Assembly: GCF_009914755.1 (NCBI RefSeq)
Contig: NC_060932.1
Length of the DNA stretch: 64,000 nucleotides
Source of the DNA: the human T2T-CHM13v2.0 reference genome, Homo sapiens
Reading direction: 5' to 3' (one strand)
Position 1 is the first letter of the stretch, and every line of letters starts with the position of its first letter. The notes beneath the pieces are model-generated. The model worked only from the letters and a program-made list of their open reading frames with translations. It searched no databases and had not been told where the DNA came from. Position numbers and translations under genes: made by a program. This document shows positions 45,346-56,319 of the stretch, one piece after another.

Positions 45346-46567
45346 CCAAGATTGTATATGGCTGCATATATGCAACATAGAGTGGCAAATCTCATTTTCT
45401 TTTTAATATTAAAACATGATAGATTTCTATCAAGTAGTCTTGGCCATATAAAAATAAAAAAGAAATGTGCATCATTCACACTCAAAAAAATGGCTTATGT
45501 TTTGGGATCCGTTTGCAGTCCATTACAAGGGCCACAGCTGCTCTCCAACAGGCCAAATCTCATCCTTGAGAAACACTTCTCTAAAGATATACTTAGATCA
45601 TCTCAGGAGACTGCTGGGATAATTTGGCCTTTGACTTCCTGAATTAACAGAGTGTCTTATCCGTCTCTGTTAGAATACAAGCAGCACATCAGCTTCATTC
45701 TCATCTGTTCAGTTTTAGAGGATAAGACATGATGGAAGCGTAGCTATTCTTCAGTTTCCCTAGGAAAACATTAGAAATCAAGTCTGCTTTTCTTTCTGTT
45801 TGATGCATTGTGCAAATGGGCTCCAGCCAGCTTCCTTCAGCAAAGAAGTGAGGTCCTGCCCAAGCAGAGAGGGATGCTAACTTAGTATTGTGGCTCAAGC
45901 TATACATGTTTAAGGGGTTTATGATGCACCTGCTCTTCTAGTTTTTATTCATCGAGGGCCTTCTCTATTAGATCTGTCTTTAAAATCCTAGCTCAGGTTT
46001 ATCCATTTCACCTATTCAACCTTCTCAGATATCAAATTTTAATTTTCAAAATAGTTAAAAACATGACTCTTATACAAATAAACAGCACATGTCAAAAATT
46101 CATAGAACTCATTAATGAGGCATCCGGCAAGGTGCTAAAGCTGGCTCAAAGGTGAATTTGAGGAGCAGAAATTTACGTAGTAACTCACGAAAGGCATGTT
46201 GAAATAAGTTCGCTGAGTTAAAGACAAACCTGGCCAATGTCCTTTAAGACAATAAAATTATAACTTTTGGGCTTATCTTCTCTGTGGAAAAATCATATAC
46301 ATCTCTCCTGAATGAGAATCTACAGCTTAATGTACAGAGTGTTGGTCTTAACCAAAAGTAAATAGGAAGTAAAGCAAAGATTTAATTCCTAGAAGGGTCT
46401 GTTAAACAATGCGCCAGTATGACATCGCAAGGACTTGTATTTGCCTGATTTCCAAATTTTGAATAATCTTTTCTAATGCAGGGTTTTTCTTTTTTAAAGA
46501 AAAGAATTATTAGCTATGTTTTGAGTACTCATTTAACGCCCACTTTACAAAATATGATGGTATAGCC

Positions 46568-46629
46568 TGTCTCTCTCTCTCTGTCTCTCTCTCCCCCCAC
46601 CTCTCTCTTTCTGTCTCTCTCTCTCTCTC

Positions 46630-46661
<32 letters not shown>
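46568..46661. repeat. Compound (CT)n-(TG)n microsatellite
   Basis: Interrupted CT tract followed by a TG tract. Confidence 0.92.
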
Positions 46662-46789
46662 CACGAGTGTGTTTACCTTTCCATAGGAACAATATATGAG
46701 ATGGATTTTTCTTGTGCTAACATTATTGGTTCCAGGTCCCCTGTCTCCCAGTTAAAATTGCATCCTCCAGGCAGAATAATCTACCAGAT

Positions 46790-47012
46790 AAGAACGTAAG
46801 CTTTGGCTTTAGACAGCTCTGGGTAATAATCCTGCTTTTTTTTAAATTAACATTGTCCTCTAGCAAGTTAGTTAACCTTTCTGAATCTCAGTTTCTGCAT
46901 CTCTAAACTAGAGCAACAACAGCTACATTGTAAGGCTGATGTGAAGATTACATCTAAAGAGCCTAGAACAATTCTGGCACATAGTAAAAGAATATAGTAA
47001 ATATTTGCTGTT
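46790..47012 (+). mobile_element. MIR
   Basis: GCAAGTTAGTTAACCTTTCTGAATCTCAGTTTCTGCATCTCTAAA; CTGGCACATAGTAA. Confidence 0.82.
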
Positions 47013-48879
47013 ACTCCCTTTTCTTAACTTTCTAAAACTCTGACCATAGAAAAACAGCACATCAGACTCTTCGAGATTAAAAAATGTACATTTTAGACAG
47101 ACATTCAGGTAGAGTAATTACAACAATTCCATTGTTGCTGCTAGCCTAATTTTAACAAATCTTAAGTGTGATCTATGGAGTTGTGTGTGTGTGTGTGTAT
47201 TGTGCTTTATTTACTTTGCTCATAAGTTTCTTTAACTGATTCTGTCGTTTCTCCATGGATCTGGATCTACAAAATGAGTATGCTTTACTTACATCAATCT
47301 CTCCAAATATACTAGAAGTTCATGGTTACATGTGTTCATAACGCTTGTCCCTGAGGTCAGTATAACCCTGGCCCCTTTACTTCATAGATGGCTGTAGAAG
47401 GATAGCATGGCACTCTGGGGTCTTCTTGTGAAAAAATAAAAAATAAAAAAAGCTTACTCTTCAGGTTGTGTTCTTAAGGCCAAAATATCAAGTTCTCTTC
47501 TCTGTGGATCTTGAGAGGTTTCCCCAAATTAGACCCATGAACCATCTGCTCAAATCGGCTACTTGTTAATCATTTTAGGTAAAGATGTAGCAGTTAGAAG
47601 ATTATCTCACTCAATTTCAGCCTGTCCATAAGAGAGTTTATTTCCTTGAAAAAGCCTGTGTCCGAACCAAGCTTTAATCATATAACTTTCAATTCATTTT
47701 TCCATAATAGACATGAATGCCTGTTGGTAGCCTGCCCCAGGGATGAAGAAACCATAGAAGTTAACATTCTAGCAAGGGACAAAGTCAACAAAATCAGTTC
47801 CAGATGTATAAAGAGATTCACTATACTCCAAATTGTTTCATTAATATGGTTGGGCACTGCAGGGAAGGTAGGGAATTGCTCTTTGCAGCCTGAAAGGAGA
47901 TTTACCCCACTCACCTGTCACCTGATTGGTGAACTGCCTTGAGAAACTATTAGAAAGAGGAAAAGAAAAAGAAAGAAGGAGAGATTCTATTACTTATTTT
48001 TATAGGAACAGTGGGTGCTGTATTACTTGGTTCTTCTATAATTGTTTTGCTATTGTTTAAATGAGATAAAGGGCTATGTAAAACAACACGATTGTGAGTT
48101 GTTACAATTATTTCCACAAATTAACATGAAGGCTGGAGAGTTGAGCTGTGTAACCGTGCATTTTCACTGGCGCTGTTGGCAGATACTCTCAGAAGCAGCA
48201 ATGGCTGCGACACACATGTCAGCACACATTGCCCGTAAACAAGGAAGGCCTGCCTCAGAGTGGGGTTGAGGGAATTGATGCCTCACTTGAGTGCTTTGAG
48301 AGGCCAAGATCAAAAGCACTTTTAAGTATATCATATAATTATCATCATTAAGAAGCATGAGGCGAGGAGTCCTAAACTCCCACATTTTCAAAGCAACAAA
48401 AGCAGGACAGCTTTAATGGGACTTTGAAGTCAGATAAATCTCCAGGTATTTTCATTATAGAAACTCATAACTAATTAAGAAAAACCCTATCTGGGCCAGT
48501 GTTTAATTATGTTTGCTTGTCCGCCTGTGTCACGTACTGTGCTCTGAAAGTAGAGGGGTGTCTATTGCGTTGTACCAAAAGACTGTGCTGGGACCAGCCA
48601 ACAGCATTCATTTTCAACAAAGCATGACATAGCAAGATTTTGATCTGTTTCGTCTAAATAAATAAGTTCTTAATAAGCATTGATTATTTTCCTAATAGTC
48701 TACATAGCTCAAAGGTTAGCTAGAACTTTCTCTGCAAAAATCACACCTAGTTCATAATACAGAGTAATGCATTGAACCATCTACATAGGAAGATGCTGGG
48801 AAAATTCTGTCTAATAATATAATAAAGACAAATAGCACTGAACATATCACCAAGAGAGGCTGTTTATATAGAAGGTTAA

Positions 48880-49140
48880 CCAGACTGCTAACTGGTGACC
48901 CATGAGCCAGACCTCACCTAAAGACATGTTTCCTTTGGCACAGATAAGATGGCACACATTGTGTTTTTTCTAAAAATGTAAAATCCTGAAAAACATTTTA
49001 AAAATAGGAAATATCCCATAATATATAGATTTCTGGTGAATCTTGAAAAAATTGAAAGGCCTGACAACCTCAGGCCCACTTGGCAACCACAGGCCAGTTT
49101 TGACTAAGGAGAAAGGTTAGCCAATTTCCCACAAACCCAG
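48880..49140 (+). mobile_element. MER102-like hAT-Charlie relic
   Basis: AACATTTTAAAAATAGGAAATATCCCATA...GATTTCTGG...TCTTGAAAAAATTG resembles the recalled MER102. Confidence 0.6.
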
Positions 49141-49144
49141 TTGT

Positions 49145-49650
49145 GATGAATGGATAAGCAAAATGTGATCCATCCATACAATGTAATATTATTCAGCCAT
49201 AAAAAGGGAAGAAGTACAGGTATAGGCTAAAACTTACATAAGTCTTGAAAATATTATGCCATCATGCCTATCCAAGACAAAAAAAAAAAAGAAAATATTA
49301 TGCCATGTAAAAGATGATAGGCACAAAAGGCCACATGTTTTATGATTCCATTTTATATGAACTATTCCAATTAGGCAAAGCCTTAGAGACAGAAAGCAGG
49401 TTTGTGGTTGCCAGGGGGTGAGGGAGAGGGGAAATTGTGTATGACAGCTGGTGGTGACACTCTCCTGAAGGTTTGTCTGGAAGTTGCAAATTTGAACAGT
49501 GCTTTTGGTATGATGAAGAAATCCTAGAACTAGATGGTGGTGATGGTTGTGTAACATCTTGGATGTCTGTAATGGCACTGAATTGTACACTTTAAAATGG
49601 TGAAGATGGTGAGCATTTGTTATTTACATTTTATCATAATTTTTGAAAGC
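49145..49650 (+). mobile_element. L1MB-like 3' end carrying two small insertions
   Basis: GATGAATGGATAAGCAAAATGTG, TAGAGACAGAAAGCAG, CACTGAATTGTACACTTTAAAATGG. Confidence 0.88.
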
Positions 49651-50171
49651 ATAAATCACAGACTCTGCTTATAGTGCTAGGACACCAGGAAGAAGTGGTT
49701 GATACAATAGAGGTGTATATGTCCCACCTGGCAACATGTCCCCTTTGCTGCTATAAGTGGGAAACAGAACATGTCCTAGTCACTCCGGAACCTCACCTGC
49801 CCCACCTGTAGGGTGGCAAAAGTTTCAATGAACATCTTCCTATGTGTGGCCGGGTCCTAAGCATCGCTGCCAGCCGCAGGCCCATCAGTACCTGTAGGTG
49901 GCTGGCTTCTGTGGTAAAAATCTGCTTGATCACACAGGGCTTCCCTGAGGCCCTCACAGAGCATTGCTTGTGGAAGACATTTTGGACTTCTTCTTCTAGG
50001 CCAGCTGCTGGAAAGTATCTCAAATTCTATGGCTCACCCCATAGCTCATCCCACTCCTAAGCCAGGGTCCTGTAATTTCTGCAGAAGGGATCCCCTAACT
50101 ATATGAATTAAAATCATTTACATTTCTCCTTCATCCAAACAGGAGGACCCCCTAAATGATGAAAATACAAT

Positions 50172-50420
50172 AAAGCATTATTCCTTGAGCATTTACCACG
50201 TGTCTGGCACTGTTGTAGGCACTTTACACGTGTTTAGTCATTTAACGTTCAAAACAACGCAGTTGTTTCTTGTGGCGGTTTTACAATATGAGACAATAAA
50301 GACCCAGCCTGTTGGTAACTTGACCAAAATCTTCAGCTGCCCAGTACAAACATCAAGATGCCAACCCAGACAGCCTGACTCCAGCACCAGTACCCCAAAT
50401 CCTGCACTCATCAGCCTTTA
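50172..50420 (-). mobile_element. MIR
   Basis: TTGAGCATTTACCACGTGTCTGGCACTG, GTAACTTGACCAA. Confidence 0.75.
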
Positions 50421-51134
50421 AAAAAAGGGGGGCCTGTGGATACCATAGCAGAAGAAACCCTAAAAGCCTTACCAGATATTCTCTGAATTTCCTGGGGGAG
50501 GTCAGAGGAGCTGCACTGGGGCCTCAGGTGGCTGGCACTGGGGAGTGTGAGCCTGGAGGGCAGCCATCCACCTGCAGAGCACTTACTACCATGGCAGTGT
50601 CCCCTGCATCAAGGATTCGAAAGGAGTTGCTGTGGGGGGCTTGTGCTTGGACAGCGGCACGCTTCTGGATCTAGAAGGCTTTGCGTGTCCTCTAACCTCA
50701 ATGTGTCTTGGCTACCTAGTGAGCTTCATCTGCATGACTGGGTTGGGAGCAAACTATGTCTTCACAGGACTCTTGGTATCACCAGCAGAGTGAATTTACA
50801 AGAAGCTGTATTGTGGCCATTGGAACCAGGTTGATTCATGAACCAGATATCGTGAACACATTCTATTTTGCTATATTCTTCCCTTTCACAGACCATCCTC
50901 TGCATTACTTACAAAGTGACTTTTTGAAATGGAAAAATAGTTATGTCAAACTACTCATAAGCGTCCTTCACTGGTTCCCCATCTCATGAAAGCCTCCAGC
51001 TCTAATCAGCTCTCAAGCCCCAAAGATCTCTGGGCACTGTTCTGTTCCTTCTTTCCACTGCTTTCATACGTCACAACAGACTGATCAGCTTTTTCAATGT
51101 CCCCATTCACCTACACCTGCTGGAGGGCATGTGT

Positions 51135-51787
<653 letters not shown>

Positions 51788-51804
51788 TAATATTTCTGAG
51801 ACTA

Positions 51805-52104
51805 TTTTTTTTTTTTTTTTTTGAGATGGAGTCTTGCTCTTGTCGACCAGGCTGGAGTGCAATGGCACTATCTCGGCTCACTGAAACCTTGGCCTCCTGG
51901 GTTCAATTGATTCTCCTGCCTCACCCTCCCAAGTAGCTGGGATTACAGGTGCCTACCACCATACCCAGCTAATTTTTGTATTTTTAGTAGAGATGGGGTT
52001 TCACCATGTTGGCCAGGCTGCTCTCAAACTCCTGACCTCGTGATCTGCCTGCCTCAGCCTCCCAAATTTCTGGAGTTATAGGAGTGAGCCACCACTCCCA
52101 GCCA
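51805..52104 (-). mobile_element. AluS
   Basis: Full Alu in reverse; TSD AGACTATTTT on both sides. Confidence 0.95.
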
Positions 52105-52153
52105 AGACTATTTTAATTTTATTATATTTCATTTTCTTGTTTAATTTCCCGGG

Positions 52154-52568
52154 TGTGTTAGTCCATTTTCATGTCACTATCAAGGAAAACCTGAGACAGG
52201 GTTGTTTGTGAAGAAAAAAGTTTTCTGGCTCACAGTTCTGTAGGCTGTATGAGAAGCATAGTGTCAGCATCTGCTTCTGGTGTGGCCTCAGGAAGCTTTC
52301 AATCATGGTGCAAGTTGACCAGGAGCCAGCATGTTACACTGTGAGAACAGGAGCAAGAGAGAGTGGGGGAGGGGCCACACCCTTTTAAGCAACCAGATCT
52401 CCTGTGAACTGACAGCAGGAACTCACTCATCACCAAGGGGAGGGCGCTAAGTCATTCATGAGGGATCTGCCCCCATGATCCAATCACCTTCCACCAGGTC
52501 CCACCGCCAACATTGGGAATCGCACTTCGACATGAGATTTGGAGGGGACAAACATCCACACCATATCA
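52154..52568 (-). mobile_element. MSTB-like MaLR solo LTR
   Basis: TGTGTTAGTCCATTT...GGAGGGGACAAACATCCACACCATATCA; 5-bp flanks CCGGG/CCTGG. Confidence 0.9.
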
Positions 52569-52571
52569 CCT

Positions 52572-52810
52572 GGCTTTGGAATCAGAAAAGCTTAGATCCA
52601 AATCTCTGTTGTTCTATTTACTAGCCCTGCTTCTTGAATAAATGACCCAACTTCTGTGAGCCTCAGTGTTCTCATCTGTGTAACAGATGTGATAATACCC
52701 ACCTCACCTCGTTGTCTCTGTTTAATAAGGTAATGTACATAGTGTGCTAAGTGTAGGTCTGGACACATATCAGGGTACCACAGGTATTAGCTGCTAATAT
52801 TTGTATTATT
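52572..52810 (+). mobile_element. MIR
   Basis: GCTTTGGAATCAGA, GAGCCTCAGTGTTCTCATCTGT. Confidence 0.82.
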
Positions 52811-55319
52811 AGTACTCTTCAAATGGTTGGGACACAAATCCCATGGCCTAACTATATCCTGATTACAGCAGGAGGTTATGAAGATAATTATCTTTATCTA
52901 GACTCTGAATACTTAGAAATCAATGTGCTTATTTCTAATATAGTTGATAAGTGATTCAGCTGATTTTAAAAGCTGTCTTTGGAACCTATACAAAGTGTGC
53001 CCTTGTGATATGTCCCATTGTACCTTTATGTTTAGCTACACCAACCAACCCCTATAATAAATTTAGATCAAAATATGATGCCACAGAAGAATTGTCCAGA
53101 GGAATATTCCATGGCCACTAAACAGTTCTAACCTGGAATAAATGAAAGAATAAATTAAAAAACAATAATAAACTAATTTTGAAAACCTTAAATATATCCA
53201 TGTAATGTTATCTGAGGGCCAACCTCAACAGGGTGCTTACTATGCATTTTAGTAAAATGAGGAAATAAACAACGTGGAGAAAGTTAGGAGAGAGAGAGAG
53301 AAAGAACATCATACATTTAAGGTTTTCAAGGGATGTTGGGCCTGCATGTTTTTGGAAAGAAACATCTGTCAGGGTTTGCGAACTCACCAGGGTGCGCAGG
53401 ATTCACTTGTTTAATGTTGGAAGAGATTGTAGAGTCAAAAGCCCCCAGGCAAATTGAACTGGGCTGGTTGCCCCTGGGGAAAGCAGAAATTTAGCTGAAT
53501 GCCTGATGCCATGTTGGTCCCAGCTAACAGAACTTCTTGATACTAATGAGACCCCACCATTTCAGAGCAGTTACATTAATTGACATTAATCAAAAAGTCT
53601 ATTGGAAAGTTCACCCATTCTTCTAGAGTGTCAGTCAGAGAGTGTGTATGGGGCCCCCTCTGACAGCTAGCAAATGTATTGCTTTCAGGGGCCTGAACCT
53701 TCTTGGAGGTTTAGGAATTCCTGCTTACCTTCATGCATCTCAGTCACCTAGCTAACCTTCCAGTGGTTTGTGAAACATCTGGTATTCCTGTTATCTGTAT
53801 TAGCAATGGAAGAATAGAACCCAAAACGCTGTTATTTATGCTTACAATTGCCTTGGACATTTTCATGATGGAAATCTCTAGATGCTCCTGGTTCTTTTAC
53901 CCATTCCAACTAAGCTACCTGATCAACTCAGGCAAAAGGGAACAGTTCTTAAGCCCAGACAAAGCCTCTTGTTGCAGGCTGCCCTGCCAGTCTCTCGTTA
54001 GTTCCAATGGTTATCGGAAACCAGACAGCATAATGGGTCAGTTTCACAGATCATTATCCAAGAACTAGTGGAACCTCAAGAATTTAGTTGTGGGCAAGAA
54101 TACAAACTTTTTATATGTATCTAAAATTTGAGAAAGTTACTGGCATTGAAAATTGTTGAGCTTTGGCCAGAATTACCTGAAAGGAAATAAGAAATGGCCT
54201 TTGCTATATAATATTACTTGTGGTAGTAATTAGGATAGCTTTACTGTTTGCTTAGGAATTTTCTGAGGCTTCTTTGAAGGTAAGAACATGATTTTCGCAA
54301 CGTCCCTGCCAGAGCCATGATTTTATGAGTCCACGATCAGGCAGAACAGCATGCATAAGCAGTCTCCCCAGAAGATTTCTGATCATTCCAGTTTGGCTAG
54401 ACCAATGTAAAGAGCTCCTTTTTCTGTTGGTTTTCTCCAGGCAGTCTGTACTAAGACAAGCACAGGCCATGGCAGCTGTGCAGATGAAGGCTGACTGCAA
54501 GGTAAGAAGTCACTAGGCTCTCTTTAGCTAAACCTCAAAGAAAGGTGCTATTCAGTTCAAATTCTGGGAGGTGTGAGGGTTCCTGTTTCACTGTGGTTGG
54601 TTTGCCCATATCCAGCCATGATCAGAGAAGGGAGAGGCTTCAGCCAAGTCTGAAACCCACTCAGCCCCCGTGGGATTTGAGTTTAGCTTTTTTAAAACAA
54701 CATTTTGATGAGTTGTGTGTAAATGAATCAGAAACATATGGATTCAATTTCCCTTGAAGTGTGTGTCGGTTTAAAAATTAAGGGGGGAAAATGTGCAGAA
54801 CTTGGGTATGTCCCAAAGGCAAAATGTTTAAAAAATAATGCAAGACGCTTTGTAGAACAAAAAGCACACCTTCCTCCTTGAAGTGGAGCGAATGCAGCAG
54901 GCTGAGAGGCAAGTGCTGTGACTCTGAAGTTAACAAGTATGCATGGGGCCTGGCTTTCCCAAGGCTTGCTGTTGTCCTGCTGGCAGCCTCCTGCCATGTC
55001 CTTGGACCTTGTGAACAACCCCCAGCAAATGGAAAGCAGACACCATCCAACAGGGAGGCCAAATCATATCTAGGCTGAAAATTAAATCACTAGGCAAACA
55101 ACAGATTTTAAAACGAGGTATACTTGCGCTTTCTTTTTAAGTTAATTTAATTCTAAATAGAGGACAATCTGCAGACTGAAAAATAAACTAAAGCTGAGAA
55201 ATATAAATCATGAATTCTGTCTTCTGAACCCTGAAGATCCTCGGGGCCAGAGGCTATACACATCGGTGAAGGAGAGTATTTTGAACTTAAACCTTGCCTG
55301 GGAGAGCCCTGGGTTTCAA

Positions 55320-55500
55320 ATTCATTTATAAAACATTTACTGAGTACCTATGGTGTACCAGGCACTGTTCTCAGATCCAGAAATATAAAAACACAGAGAA
55401 ACTGTTACTACCTTCAAGCAGCTTTCAGTTTCTAAGAGAAGGGCATAGATGCACATGCAAATGACTGCAATTGAGTGGTCTGGTTACTAAGATAGAAGGA
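55320..55500 (-). mobile_element. L2 3' fragment
   Basis: AAACATTTACTGAGTACCTATGGTGTACCAGGCACTGTTCT. Confidence 0.75.
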
Positions 55501-55979
55501 GATACATTATACAGGTTGTGTAACAATGGCCAATTCTACCTTCACTTGATCTCCTTGATAAAGAGGGTTGTTTGGCTACAGCACCTTATTTGCAGGAGCA
55601 GCATGGGAAGGAGACTTCAGGATTAGGTTAGTTGAGACCCTCTTAATCTCACCAGATATCAAGGCAGCACCTAATATTGGGCCTTAATTTTAGGCCTTAC
55701 ACCATACTGATACTTGAGAGAATTCTTGGAAAATAAGTGAGTAGCTTTCACTGTAAGTCTGAGCCCTTCAGGGTATGGTGGCATCCCAGACAGAACAGGG
55801 AGAGCCACAGTGAGAGACTAGAGGCATAAAGCTGCCTGGAAAATTGGTTAGATATTTTGGGAAAAAAAATTAACAATTCCTTTTCACATATTTGTAGAAA
55901 AGAAACCACAATATGTCTTTAAAGGTTACAATATTTAAACATTAGAACTAATGAAAGAAGAGAAGATGTTAATTTAGAG

Positions 55980-56319
55980 CAGCACTATCCAATAGAAATA
56001 CAATGTGAGCCAGAAATGTGAGTCATTTACGTAATTTTAAGCTTTCTAGTAGCCACACTGGAAAAATGGCAAAAATAAATAGGTGAAATTAATCTTAATG
56101 ATATACTTTATTTAACTTAATATATCCAAAGTATTACCATTTTAAAATGTAACAATATAAAAAATATTAACAAGATATTTATATTCTTGTTTTCTTACTA
56201 AGTTTTTGAAATTCAATATGTATTTTTACAGATACAGCATAGCTTAATTTGGACCAGCCACACATTTGAAGTGCTCAATACTCACATTTAGCTGATGGCT
56301 ACCATATTGGACAAAACAG
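55980..56319. mobile_element. MER33-like hAT-Charlie element
   Basis: CAGCACTATCCAATAGAA...GGCTACCATATTGGACAAAACAG with perfect 8-bp TSD ATTTAGAG (55972-55979, 56320-56327). Confidence 0.88.

Noticed and set aside
46040-46215. Segment that looks like an ancient interspersed repeat
   Set aside because: I could not assign a family with any confidence
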